DNA of 63,644 bases, the filler included, from Bipalium vagum (lineage: Eukaryota), in the NCBI GenBank assembly GCA_037834085.1. It is 3 parts of 3 records of this genome, joined end to end, with 100 filler letters (N's around TTAATTAATTAA, not from the genome) between each part and the next. Parts side by side here need not be neighbours in the genome. Positions count along the whole stretch, not along the records: positions 1 to 29,165 come from JBBMKC010038601.1; positions 29,266 to 44,927 come from JBBMKC010153642.1; 1 more part is not named here. One strand, given 5' to 3'. The translations under genes were made by a program, and so were the position numbers. A model generated the notes under the pieces. The model did no database searches, was not told where the DNA came from, and worked only from the letters and a program-made list of their open reading frames with translations. The first letter of the stretch is position 1, and the number at the start of each line of letters is the position of its first letter. Of this stretch, positions 26,801 through 39,165 are shown in pieces.

Positions 26801-27749
26801 TTGTGTCCGTCGTAATTTTTTTTGATAAATAATCAATGCGCTGGAGATCATGCAGTCACTTTAATAAATAAGCTACATTTTCAGACATCCGCGTCGGACA
26901 GGTCATTAAATATTTTGGTCTTTGTCAATCAGACATGAACTTTTTACACCTAATGTTTCTTTACCATTCCATGTGATTGATACGTTCTGATAATGATGGT
27001 GTCATACATGTCAATGGCAAAATTTTTTGTGACTGGATAACATTGACAATTTTGGATTATTTTGTTACCACTCTACTTCCATTTTTTTGAAATTATTGAT
27101 TTTTTAAAAAATAATTATTTATTTATTTCTTGTTAATTTTTGTTAAAACCACACTAGAGATTTTTCAAAATAAAGATCATTTTTATATTACTTTTCCGTC
27201 ATGTTCTTGCTATTCTTATACACTCACCTCTTGTTAATAAAATTATAAAACATTTTGTTCGAACATTTCCTCTCATTAAATCTCATTTGTCTGTTTGCAT
27301 TTGTAACGATCCTCAAAAAGTCGTTCATGAACCAAATTTTTATTTATTCAGGTAATTTTTATATCAATTTGTAAGATTTTTACATTAACACTGTTCTTTT
27401 GTGCTGCCGCACACATAATATAAAATAAAAGGATAGATATGGATGTTTTCCATTTTAAATTGATTTTTTGTATTATTATTATTGTCTTTCTATGCAAACT
27501 AAACTCTTTATTTTATATTTCACTCAACTCTTTCAGAAACATATTGATTTTATTAAATCAATTTGTATGGATTCTGGAGCTATGGTCAATTTTCATTTAA
27601 ATCCCCAAGCTCAATCGATAATAGTTCAGTTTACAAATATTCAAGAGGCTTATCGTTGCTTAAACATTATCCAAAGCCAATTATCTCTTCGAGTCGAACT
27701 AATTAATAGTCAAGACGATTTCATACATTACATGACCGGTGCTAATTAA
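14422..27749 (+). CDS. TNRC6: GW182/TNRC6-family miRNA-silencing scaffold, compact form; join(14422..14836,14883..15190,21148..21456,24573..25136,27537..27749), about 602 aa
   Basis: Five exons with GT-AG boundaries and compatible phases (1,0,0,0), 1809 nt ending in TAA. Domains in GW182 order: VSNERWGNIKINQTTPW (motif I, cf. LSNxGWGQTxIxQxTAW), WRAKVDGTEIWE (DNGTxxW(E)-type Ago-binding motif), UBA-like YLQEMGFSLSDSIGALVNNQMDLPKALNEL, an N/M/S-rich region, and a C-terminal RRM IKSICMDSGAMVNFHLNPQAQSIIVQF (cf. LRTLCMQHGPLITFHLNL). Confidence 0.85.
14883..15190 (+). CDS. TNRC6: GW182/TNRC6 exon 2 (VDGTEIWE motif)
   Basis: Phase-1 acceptor restores the frame D-D-S-E-K-R-A-R-D-P-M-V-W. Donor CAG|GTAATG at 15190. 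Confidence 0.8.
15816..16422 (-). mobile_element. Internally deleted mariner in GW182 intron 2
   Basis: Imperfect inverted ends (tatgggtgtgaataaataacc / gttacttattcatacctaata) and a Mos1-like N-terminus KQYLRE...LLEGTYGKDALSKTQ. Confidence 0.7.
16850..18480 (-). mobile_element. Degenerate hAT-like transposase remnant
   Basis: Fragments SPIIKNIALC, IIHCH and TERLF...RRLKS (dimerisation-domain-like), in the expected order on the - strand. Confidence 0.4.
21148..21456 (+). CDS. TNRC6: GW182/TNRC6 exon 3 (UBA-like domain)
   Basis: Acceptor ttttgtgcag|AGT, MGF-containing UBA signature, donor CAA|GTAAGC; phase 0 at both ends. Confidence 0.85.
22175..22953 (+). mobile_element. mariner remnant (3' two-thirds with TIR) in GW182 intron 3
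   Basis: IMTSDETWIHHYEP, LLHDN, HPPYS..PSDF and RWDKCI...GDYIEK*; end taattattgaactaccctctta. Confidence 0.85.
24573..25136 (+). CDS. TNRC6: GW182/TNRC6 exon 4 (Asn/Met/Ser-rich low-complexity region plus first RRM strand)
   Basis: Acceptor ttttcag|ATG; poly-Asn run at about 24861-24908; ends IAIVIKKVQH|GTCAGT in phase 0. Confidence 0.8.
25750..26300 (-). mobile_element. Tc1-like remnant in GW182 intron 4
   Basis: DWSRQRIIFSD and KMNS-like fragments; heavily decayed. Confidence 0.35.
27537..27749 (+). CDS. TNRC6: GW182/TNRC6 exon 5 (RRM, stop)
   Basis: Acceptor tttcag|AAA; TNRC6-type RRM residues (CM..G....FHLN); TAA at 27747-27749. Confidence 0.85.
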   Translation, partial: KHIDFIKSICMDSGAMVNFHLNPQAQSIIVQFTNIQEAYRCLNIIQSQLSLRVELINSQDDFIHYMTGAN

Positions 27750-28599
27750 AAACCTTTATAAGATTATTGACTTTGTCTCAAAAACATTTTCCACTGATTT
27801 CATGGTGTGTTATAGATAAAAATTGCTGGACAAAAATCCAATATCACAAGCCAGTGACATCGATTCCTCTTGCTCTGCAGCACAACTCTAGAATCTATCG
27901 AAACATTATTATATATATCATCTACCTTTTCAGTGTTGCATAAACGGAGTCCACGAAAACCGCTGCGATTTTAACGTATTTATTATCATTATTTTTATTT
28001 TATTTTGCCTTGGTTCTATTTTTACACGGACTGCTCGTTTTCCTCACTTTCTGCGTTTCGCTTACTACTCTCTCTATATATGTCTATACAGATAGACTGA
28101 GTCAGTCGATTTCAGTACCCGAATTTCTTTCGAATTCCAACGAAAATCAACCGATATATATTATCTTTATGTTCAAACAAAAATTTGATCAGAAATCAAT
28201 AAAAGACAAGCATTTTCCAGTTTTTTGATTATTGTTCGTTCATTTATTTATAATTTATGTTATGATAATAATAATAATTATTATTATTATGTCCAGTAAA
28301 GTGTGATAGTTCCAATTTTTGTTCGATTTTATGTTGGGGTGCCTCAGTAATTTTGTGATTTAATCAATATTGTGTATTTATAAATTTGATTTGTCAATGC
28401 TCACTGATCAGCGAATCAATTCCAAAGCTTTTGTATCATCGTATTAAAGAATGTACACGTAAAAGTTCTCTTATTTATTGATAATTTGTAAAATTTATTA
28501 TTATTATGATTATTATTATTATTATTAACACTGGTGTCGTCTCTTGCATTGTTCCTGTTTTTGAATACATCAATATCTCAAGATATTGATATTTTGAAC

Positions 28600-29100
28600 A
28601 CGGTTGTGATGGATAATAGTTGTTGCTTTCTACATTCAAATAGCATTCTTTTTTCTTAAACAATGCAAGTAAAAAACTGCTTTAATGTCATAATGTGCAT
28701 CTCACTTTCTAATGAAATCTGACCGTTTCATTTGTCTTTTCTTGGGGCTGTAAATTCTTATTGTGTGCACTCTTTGATTTTTGGTATTGTTTATTTCAAT
28801 CAGCTGACTTCTCGATGTAACGTTATTTCGTGTTTTTGTTCGATAATAATTTCCAATTAATCTTTTCAAGCCAATAGTTCGTCCAGCCACATCCCAGTTA
28901 GTCTATTTATACGAAAAAGGAACCCCCAGTCGATTTTCAGTTCTCTTTTACTCTTTTGGTTTGGTCGTAACATACAATAATATAGCATTTTGTCGTCCCG
29001 TAGAGAGAATGTGTCAGTTTGGTTTCCATTTAATTGTTTTCTTCAGAACCATTAGTCAACGCTTATTAGAAAAAGGTTTGCGGGTGCTTTAATAAAATGA
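28600..29100 (-). mobile_element. Possible non-LTR retrotransposon APE endonuclease remnant
   Basis: Fragments GVPFSY and VTSRSQLIEI...TIRIYSP resemble the GVxF and YAP motifs of LINE endonucleases. Confidence 0.35.
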
Positions 29101-29165
29101 TTTAAGGTTTTTATGATATATAAACAATGAGAATGTGTTTTAAATATAAAAAATTTATATATATA

Positions 29166-29265
29166 NNNNNNNNNNNNNNNNNNNNNNNNNNNNNNNNNNN
29201 NNNNNNNNNTTAATTAATTAANNNNNNNNNNNNNNNNNNNNNNNNNNNNNNNNNNNNNNNNNNNN
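29166..29265. other. Assembly gap with artificial six-frame-stop linker
   Basis: 44 N + TTAATTAATTAA + 44 N = exactly 100 nt. Confidence 0.95.
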
Positions 29266-29589
29266 GATCACCTTACTGCAATCGAAAGTCTTCTTCTACA
29301 GAAACGATTGGCATCTATGAAAACCTTAACATTGGACAAATAATTTGTAAATAATGTAGTTTACTAACTCAACATCTTATTTAATAAAATATTTGTTTTA
29401 TACCTTCGATTTTAGTGAAATTTTAGACACACCTCCCGAGAATGAACGGGTGTCTACATTGAACATTTTTTTTCCGACCGAGGGTGTTCAATCTAACCAG
29501 GTTTCACTGTAATTTGCAACTATTCAAATTTATTAATGATTTATAAAGAAATTGATTTTTAAATATTTATTAAATTAGTTCGATACCAG

Positions 29590-30440
29590 AATTAGTATAA
29601 GAAATTTGAGAAAGGCAATTTTAATTTGGAGGACCAACCAAGGTCGGGAGCCCCAACTGTAGTGAATGATGATATGTTGAGACCAGAAATCGAATCAAAT
29701 CCCCGTCAAACCACATATAATTGTGCCAAGACATATGGACGTGATCTGAACATCATTGGAAATCATCTCAAAAGCATTGGGAATATCAGCAAACTTAGCA
29801 AATTGACAAATGAGAATAGAATTCACAGAACTACTTCTTCTGATACTCTACTCTCACGATTCAAAACTGGTTCTTTTCTTGATCAATTGTCATTTGGATA
29901 TGAGAAATTAATTTTCTACATCGACGATAAAAGAGATAGGTAATGGTTAAATTTAAACACACTTCAAAATCTAAGTCACACCATTAAACGTGTTACTGTC
30001 TGGTGGGATATCCATGGCATTATGTATTGAGAACTCTTGGAAAATGGCAACATCATATTCCGAACATTATTCTCAACCATTTGGAAAAATAAGTCAAAAT
30101 ATCATGTCTATTCTAAAAAAATAGAAAAGGCTTGATCCCAAAAATGCCTCAAGATAGAGATGGTTCTTAACATACCCACTATATTCTCCTGGCATCCTTC
30201 CATCTACTTAATATTTATTTCGATCTCTTCAAAATTAGTTCAAATGGTAATAGTTTCAAAAAGGAAATGCCATCTCGTTATTTTTAGACTTAAAGAAATC
30301 CGATTTGTATCGCAAAGGCGTTGAAACACTATCACAGAGATGATCATAAGTTGTCCAATCCGATCGAGAATATATATTTGATTGACATTCAAAAACATTT
30401 TCGTAATTTATTTAAATATTACCAAAACACAAAGTCGTGT
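29590..30440 (+). mobile_element. mariner remnant
   Basis: LEDQPRSGAP, IESNPRQT, SFGYEKLIFY, VWWDIHG and HPLYSP fragments. Confidence 0.8.
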
Positions 30441-31109
30441 ATACCTTGACCCATTCAATTTTAGATAAATTTTACAGATATATTTTACGCTACATGGATA
30501 TACCACTTCAGTTAAATAAGAGATCCTGTTTTTCAAAGATAAAGTCCAATTTCATTGACATTAAAAGTCTGAGACTACAAAGAATGCTCAAAATGTCAGA
30601 GACTGGACGGAAAGGGATAATATAATATATAACCTCTTATGACATAAAAATATTAATAAATAAAAAAGACTTCATTATTGGAATATTCAATAATGATAGG
30701 CTCAAATCTCACTCAACCATCATTAATAAATTTTGTTTTTCATTATATAAATAAAAAATTTCGCTAAATTACCCTATGATTTTTATGAAGGGGCTACAAG
30801 TATTTATGAGGAGATAATGGGTTTTGATGAATTGGAAATGCAATTTAAACAAAATTACTTTGCATTTGATGTGAGAGCATTGGGAAAGCTAAGATAATGG
30901 TATATTTATTTTCATTTTTGGATATCAAAACGCTAATAAAAATATATAATATATAAAAATATTAAATATATAATAATTAATAATAATATTAAAAATTATA
31001 ATAATAATATTATTAAAAAGTATAATACTAATATTATATAATTTATAATAATTATTAATTTAATAAAAATACAATAATATTATTATATAGATATTGTATT
31101 GTTATTAGA

Positions 31110-31314
31110 TGTAGTTAGGGTAGTTTGCTAACTCTCTTCTAACTCAACACGAAGCCCCAGAATAATTGACTAAAATAACGAGGTAGCGTGTAAAAAATAT
31201 TAATTTTATCACAATTACAATCGCTAAGCAAACTGATTTGCCTCCTGACGAAGGATAAATCCTTCGGTAAAGATATGGAAAATTGTTTATAATTTATTAA
31301 CTAATTTTACTACA
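31110..31314. mobile_element. Possible short solo LTR
   Basis: TGTAGT...ACTACA inverted termini around a 205-bp GC-elevated island; no clean TSD. Confidence 0.35.
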
Positions 31315-31870
31315 TGTAAATATTGATTATTAACTTCTGTGATATCATCTTATTATATTAACTTAAGTTACTAAATAAACATTCTCTTTCTTATAATTAT
31401 TGGATAATCTATTTTTAGTAAATTAATTATTTATCATTTATTAAGTCAATTATTTATTAACTTTTTAATTGATTTTAAGTAATGTAAATATTATCATATT
31501 CACACTTATTAATATTTTTAACTATAGTTATGTTCCTAGATTTTTTATAATTTTTAGAAGTTGGAAGCATTACTATTAAAAAAGAATACAACACATAAAA
31601 GAACACCATATACAAGCTAAAGTGTACCGCATATAAAATATGTACAACAAAGAATGATAAAATAAAGAGACAAAATATTTACTATCAGAGTTATCGCATT
31701 GTCATTCTAATGTTAAATCAACCATTATTTAGTTTTTTTTTTGATTTTTTACTTTTTCTTTAGTCTTGATTGTTTTTATTGTTGGTGGTGCTGTGGGACC
31801 CTTCACAATATAATAATTATTAATAATTTTACCAATTATAGAAGTTAGGGTTTTTGAATTTAAATCTCAT

Positions 31871-32060
31871 TTAACCCTTTCGCTGCTCCACACGTATATA
31901 TTCGCAAAAAAAACTTGTGTATCATACGCTACCGACGAATATTTTCGCGCTTAGTTTTAAATTAGTTAGCTGCTCAATACGACTATTTTTACTATGTATT
32001 ATTCATGTTTTCTGCTCTATACGATTATTTTTGCTGTTTAACCCTTTCGCTGCTCCACAC
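31871..32060 (+). repeat. Two direct copies of a piggyBac-like terminus
   Basis: ttaaccctttcgctgctccacac at 31871-31893 and 32038-32060 (TTAA followed by CCCTTT). Confidence 0.6.
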
Positions 32061-33960
32061 AGCGAAATTTTCGTGTGACAATCAAAGTTTGTTTTTTGAT
32101 CGCTTTCGATAAGGGTTTCGGAATCGGATTGTGTGGAACTGTGATCGTCTTTTCAGAATTATTTGAATTTTTTAAAGCTGGTTTTGGCAAAAGGTTTGGT
32201 TCAATTTCGAGTATGAGTTCTTTAAATTGTTGTCTGATCTCTTTTTCACAAATCGTGAAATCGCGAATTGCTCTCTCGGAAATATTAAAAATTTCCAATA
32301 GCTCATGGATTGATTTTCCGGCTTGTAATTCGTTCAATACATCAATCTTCTTCCTAAGTGGAAATGAAGACGGCACTTTTGGCTGGGTCTTCGACCTAAT
32401 TCCTACGTCGTCGTTTTTGGCACCGTTTTGATCAATTAACGGCTTCTTTGCCGCCTCTCCATTGATCAATTGCTCTGACAACCATTTTCGATTGAGGGGG
32501 AGTGCATACGTTTTGATGAGCAAACGTCAACCCTTTGAAATCAGACAACAAGGGAATCTAAAATCTTTATTGATCGCATCAGGCAATGTTCATCATTATT
32601 GATAACCACCACTAGAACAATAATTGACTCACATTACTCTTTGGTAGCTTCAGCTTAGATCCCCGGATATCAGGTTTAAGCTCTTCTGGTCACCAATCAA
32701 TTACCAAGCTATCTCGGAACCTGACCGCAATCTTTAGTGTAGAATTCTCCGTTCACACATTGACAATAAAAATAATTAATAGTGAAACTTAAATTACGAA
32801 GTACCATAGATAATTTGGCCAAGCTGGCTGATTTGTGGTTTCTTTTTTATAGTGACATTCCCCAGCAACCCGATTGATTCTGTCACGTGTTCGGAAATAT
32901 CACCAATCATTTCCCGCTCATTCTTCCGGATTGCCTCCGCCATATTAATTCATTCTTGGGCTTAAACTCAAACCAATTAATTTAATCCTTATACCCGAAA
33001 GAGCTCCAGCTTACAACCCACTTCATTAATTATTTTCCTGGTTAGCTTCTTTTGTTGATTAGGTTTTCCAAATCTCGCGCTTATGGCATAGGTATGACCA
33101 GTCGAAATAAGTGAATGGATAAAATATTCCATTTATTTATTTATTATTATTATCATGTTCGGAAAACGAAATATTTGTACAAATCGTGTACACAAGTCAC
33201 CCAGAGAGAGATGATGTAAAATTAGTCTTTTAAGCCTTAACAGAAATATATTGATGGCGACAGAACCATGAGAACTTTAACCTTGAAGACAGGTTATCAC
33301 TAATCTCCCCTTACCTTTCAACTCCTTTACAGAAATATGAAACAGTAATGGTTCACTATTGGTGCTGGTGTCCACAACAGTCCTGCATCCTCGACAATAA
33401 GAATAATTATCTCGGGAACCGGGGAAGGTGGTCCATTGCTTCCATGTCGCTCACAAATCGAAAACGACATAAATAATGCAAAAATCTCCTCAGCTGACTT
33501 ATCAAAACAAAATTTCAAATTTCCTTTCAGTTTACCTTTCGACCTATTCGGGAAAGACGGGATAAAAGGGCATTTGACAATGGGTCTTTCACACTGGGGA
33601 AGGAATAAATTCTGGACCTGACGCGATTTATTCGGTCAACCAATAAATAGAAATAAAATAAATAAATAAATAACCACCACGAGAGGAGGCGCATGAATAA
33701 AGGACGGAAAACGGAATCTTAATGAATAGATGAACGAAAGTACACCAAGTATTCCTATCAGATGGCCACCGAGAGTCACCGTTGCCATTATTGATCAAAA
33801 GTCCCATTGTGGTAGCCAACAAATACGTAATATAAACAATTAAAAATATAATGGAGTTTGTTTTAATGCTCACGTTGGAAAGCTGGACTCGTTGGACGTG
33901 GTCCCAGCAATCTGGGTTTCATTATTGATCCTCGGTCACGCCATTGTCGAAGCCCGTACT
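32038..33960 (-). pseudogene. Decayed mobile-element-type coding region: CENP-B/psq-type HTH, preceded by possible Ulp1-like and OTU-like fragments
   Basis: ORF 32038-32523 has FPLRKKIDVLNELQAGKSIHELLEIFNISERAIRD. Upstream fragments VVVINNDEHCLMRSIKILDSL and INNGNGDSRW are weak protease-like matches. Confidence 0.4.
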
Positions 33961-34194
33961 GACCCAAATGGGCTTTCTGTTTAAACAATTTTTTAATAAT
34001 TTTACTTTTGTTAAATATTTTGTTTAATGACGCAGACGAGCGATGACATTGCGTTTCATGTTTGGAAATATTTCCTCAATTTTTAATTTCTTGGAAATTA
34101 AAACAAAAAATATAAATAATATTTTTTGATTTTTTATTAATTATTTATTAATAATAAATTTTTAATAACTTATTTTTATTAAATAATTAATTAA

Positions 34195-34196
<2 letters not shown>

Positions 34197-34235
<39 letters not shown>
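34197..34235. repeat. (ATT)n microsatellite
   Basis: About 12 consecutive tat/att units. Confidence 0.9.
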
Positions 34236-34236
<1 letters not shown>

Positions 34237-34433
34237 ATATTATTTTTAAAATATCGTTCATAAATATTATTATAGTTATTAATTATATACTACAACGATT
34301 TGATTGATTTATCAGTTTTATATATCCATAATTAATGGCGATCAATTTATAATTAATTATATTAATTACCGAAGTCATGATAATGATAATAAATAAAATA
34401 ATAAATAAATAATATTTTCTAAAATAAAAATAA

Positions 34434-34573
34434 NNNNNNNNNNNNNNNNNNNNNNNNNNNNNNNNNNNNNNNNNNNNNNNNNNNNNNNNNNNNNNNNNNN
34501 NNNNNNNNNNNNNNNNNNNNNNNNNNNNNNNNNNNNNNNNNNNNNNNNNNNNNNNNNNNNNNNNNNNNNNNNN
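34434..34573. other. Assembly gap (140 N)
   Basis: Run of N. Confidence 0.99.
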
Positions 34574-35029
34574 ATAAATTCTAAAATAAACTGTTTTTAT
34601 TTATGAAAATTCTTTTGGAAAGTGATGGAGAACTTTCAAATCGGATCTTGTCGATAATATTTAATTAAAATAAACATTAAAATTAAATTAAACATTTTAT
34701 TTATTAACAGGAATGCAGAACAAAAAATTAATTTAATTTAAAAAACATTAAAAATTTGTTTTAATTATTTATCTATAAATAATATTTTTGAATGAATGTG
34801 GTGCATGAAAAACAGCATGAAAAAAAATAATATGTTTATTTACATCTTTTATTGTCTTTATATTAATAACCATAAATAATGATAATAAATAATAAATATA
34901 AAACTCTAATACTTAATAATAATATTTACCTAGTTGGATAAGTTTCTGGAATAAATAAAATAACAAAAAAAACATAAGTCAGTTACTCGTAAGGGGAGAA
35001 ACGCTAATAACTGTTTTTATAAGAAAGAC

Positions 35030-35750
35030 GGGATCAATTTAACTTGACACTACAACAACCATCAATTTAATCTGACACTACATATTGTAATCAATTAAAT
35101 CTGACACCACACAAAAAATCAAGAAATCAATTTAAATCAATACATTTATTATATACTAAATAATTTTACAAAATGGTTCCTCCTTCCAGATTTCCAGCCA
35201 CATGAATTCTTTGGAAAAAGCATACTTTTATCGTCATAGACGCCCTTCGTCAATTTGAGCGGTAATTTTATATTTTGTGAAAGTTTTCCAGTATCTGAGG
35301 CTACGAAATGATACTTATGTGCTACCGATTTCTTGTAAAATAAATTGATTCTATCAAATATAAGATATCTCTATCTTATTAAGACTGGGGCTGAAATCGA
35401 AACTTAACATTTTATTTGTGAATATTGCATCCCATTATACCACAAAGACATGGCTTTTATGGCCTTCCTGATTCACTTTTTAAGATGACAACCATGAGCC
35501 CGATCGAATACTTATTGTTTTTGCCCATTTGGTATTGTTACATATCCGTACTAAACCATCTGTTGTGGATTTCGTCGCAGTTAATTTCATCTCACCATTG
35601 CACCCAACGCAGAAGTGCGTATCAATTATCGGTTTTTGGCTCACTAACCAGTTGAACATTACATTTTCGTTGTATCTAAAATATTTAATTAATGCTAAAT
35701 TATTTATTTTGAAATCGGAAACCATTCCAAGCTGTCACACCAGGAAGATT
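35030..35750 (-). mobile_element. Merlin (IS1595/ISXO2-like) transposon remnant
   Basis: CVGCNGEMKL...DGLVRIC...SIRSGSWL N-terminus; VAHKYHFV..DTG..SQNI and EFMW C-terminus; three atcaatt..tgacac.aca repeats at 35033-35112. Confidence 0.8.
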
Positions 35751-36986
35751 TTTATTCATTTTAGCTTATCTTCGATATTTTCAAGTTTATTTCAACTTAG
35801 ACAGGTTCAACTGAGGTGCAGTGGTTGCTATGTTACATCACCAGTCTCATTGTGTAGTCGACACACTGAGTATATCAAAAATGGAAGTGTGTCTTGACAA
35901 TTTCAATTTTCTCTTTTCAGGACTTTTGTCAAAAGGACACCTTTAATATCTTCCCGAAATGTTATGAAAATTGAGATTGAAGGGAAACTCAATTAATTTC
36001 ATTTAATGACCGAAAAATGAATTTCAAGAATGAAAAATATCAAAAGTATCAAAATAGAGAATCAATAAATCAACCCAACCCATTATAATTATTAATTATA
36101 AAAATATCGCAGAAATATTGACATAATGAAAGTGATAAATTGGATTTCCCATAGATTTTCACTAAATCATTTCTTCGGGAGTTTGGTCTCATCTTTTGGT
36201 CGGTGGGAGTTTTAATTTCCCCAATAAATTTTAATTCTTCATTTAAAAATCAATATTTTCAAATTATTGATTAACCCTCAGTTATGGTCGAGAATACAAT
36301 TAGTTATAATTAGTTGAGGAAAATGACTTTTTATATTTTTTTATATTATAAATAATAATCTGAAGATATGATGTCCGGATCACTTGGAGGCCGAATCATT
36401 GCTTCCCAAGACACGATGTGTAAAAATGTATTTCGTCGTTAGAAGTGTGTGGTGATGAGAAAAATTATTTTTTTCAATAATGTTCTTTCTCGATTGGTCA
36501 ATAATGTGACAGTCAATTCATTTACGCCAATTCAAAACGATCCAGCTCCCTTCTGGTTGGGAACGGCTAATTTTGGTGTTACACAGGGAATCGGTCGGAA
36601 ATAACTTTTGAATTCTGTTATATAGATTCTCAGCTGAGGGATGATCGAAATAAATCGGGAATTTTTGTACAACAAAATAAAACAATGTAAATAGAACGAC
36701 CGAGTGACTGTATAAAAATACGAATCAGTATACAGAAATACCAAAGTCGAATCAAAAAGATTTGTTTATGTCATTTTTACATTTGTCTGAGAACTTTCTG
36801 ATTGATCCTCGTAAATATTTTATTAATTTCGAATATTACATGTGGAAAATATCAATAGAAATTGTTTGAAAATGCAATTTGCCATAATAAAAATAAATAA
36901 ATAAATAATATAAAATATAATCAATAATAATAATCCTTAAAATGTTAATAAGTATAAAACTATTTCCAAATGTCCGGTCTGTACTA

Positions 36987-37600
36987 TTATTAGGTTTTTC
37001 AAAAGTTTCTGTGATTTTGGTAATTCAATTTTCTTTTATCAAAATAAATATTTTTAAAAATTGATTTGATCATTGATATTTTCCTATCAATCTATATTTG
37101 TCAGTTTTGTTTAAATAAACATATCAATGCGTTTAGTTTAATTTTGATTAGAGTAATATGAATACAGAAAATTTTGAAATTCGAAGTTTGGTTCGTCATT
37201 ATTGGAAAAGAGACTCTGCGATATTGGAGGATGAGGTATCGTTGCCTATAGTCTCAGACTGGTTCAAAAATTTTCAAAACGGAGATACTAGTCTCGAAGA
37301 TGAGCCTCGTCAGGGAAGACCTTCTGTGATAAATGAAAGAGTACTACTCGAAGCATTAATTAATCAATCACAGTCCTACACAAACGACTTATCTACGATG
37401 TTAATGAGCATTGCTAAGCACAGCTTGACTTATTCAATAAAATTCTGAAAAGAAAATATCCCAGTTTAATCATTAGAAAGCACATACTTGATCAGTATGA
37501 CGATGCGCCAGCTCACTGGGCACCTTTGGCGCAAGAAAAAATCCCCTTATTGAATGACCATAATTCACTTCAAATATTCACCATGGGACAAAATTATGAT
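36987..37600 (+). mobile_element. mariner 5' remnant with TIR
   Basis: tattaggtttttcaaaagtttc terminus; WFKNFQNGDTSLEDEPRQGRPS. Confidence 0.8.
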
Positions 37601-39165
37601 ATTCAAAACATCTCTCGATCGGTTCCACCAATGAGTCAGCTGGAATATTTGAATATTTCCATTCTTCTCTTTGACTCCATTCCAGAATATTAATAGATTC
37701 ATGAATAAGTTAAGATACATAAGGCAAGAGTTGTCCTGCATAATGTTGTATTTTCCATGTTGATGATGTTGAACCTTAAGATTTCATTATTTTTAAATAA
37801 TTCAAACAAGATCTGATGAAATTGTGGTGCCATGTTCTTGTTATTATTCAGAGATTATATATGAAATATTTGAAAGAAAATAAAAACGGATTATTAAAAA
37901 CGCTGATTTTTCGAGTCCCTTCTATATAAATAAAGAGATAAAATCGAAATGAATCTCTTTTTCTTTAAAGACAGGATACGTTGTAATGTCAATCAAACAA
38001 AGATTCATAAATTACTCTTAGTAAAATGATAACGATTTTGTGTCACCCTCAAACTAAGCGTCAATCGAACGACCCTCTGGACTCCCGAGGGAGAGAGAGC
38101 GATAAGAATAATTCCTCCTCAGTGCTTTTCCAGGTACTTTTGTCCTAAAATGGAAAAAACATTAAAAACTTTACACCATTTTTTATCTTTCGTAAGGAAA
38201 AAGCGTTTGTCGAATTAATTAATTTTTGTTTTACAAAAAATCTTTCTTCCACATTTCGAGGGAAAAATCAATTATTTCTTTTTTTTCTTTGATTTTCTCG
38301 CAGCAAAAAAACTTTTAAAAATTTTCAAAATTATTTTTTCAAAAGTGAAATGAAATTCAAAAATAAATTATCCGAGAAAATCAATATCGATTTTATATCA
38401 ATAAATTCATTAACCTATCACCACTTCTGAGGGATTTCCTCGAGAATAAATAACATTTTGAAATTTTAATTTAAATCTTTTCAAGATGAAAATGATATTT
38501 GATAATAATTATTATTAATTATTATCATTATTATTAAAATAAAAATAATAATAAATTAAAATTTTTATTAAAAAATTAACCGAAGAGTTCAGTCAAACCA
38601 ACTGTTAAAATATTTTTTTTCGTTCATTTGTGGGTAAAACTGAACTTTACCTGATTTTCTTTTTTGTTAAGATTAAATTACTATGAAACCACGTCGTAAC
38701 ACTTAGCTCGTTAACTTTACTGACCCCTTCACTTTTGTCAAAACATGTTCGAAAATGAATGAATCAAAACTAGTACGAATAAAACTTTATTTCAACTATC
38801 ACAATTACAACGGTGATCACACAATCTTAAACGTTAAATGTCTCAAGGTTCACGCTAAGACAATGCTACAAAATCAAAAATAAAGGATAATAATAATAAT
38901 GATCAATCAATCAATCAAGTTAAATAAAAATTTCTATAAAATGTTCAATTAATAAAATAAATTTTAGTTTTAAAATGAAAAGTAAAAAAGAAAAGAAAAA
39001 CAATGACATCAACTCTCATCGATCCCTTAGACCACAGGTCCATATGGTCATCTGCTGACCCCGATCAAGTTAGCTCTGAAACGCTTTAATATTATTAGCT
39101 CCTGCCGCATAATTGAGGGCATAAAAATTGTTTACTAGATTTATCCTCCGATGTAATTTCTCGTA

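Noticed and set aside
29210-29221. TTAATTAATTAA as a biological palindrome
   Set aside because: Centred in symmetric N runs in two places; an assembly linker.
31244-31272. Hammerhead-ribozyme-like CTGACGA plus hairpin
   Set aside because: The required GAAA core after stem II is absent.
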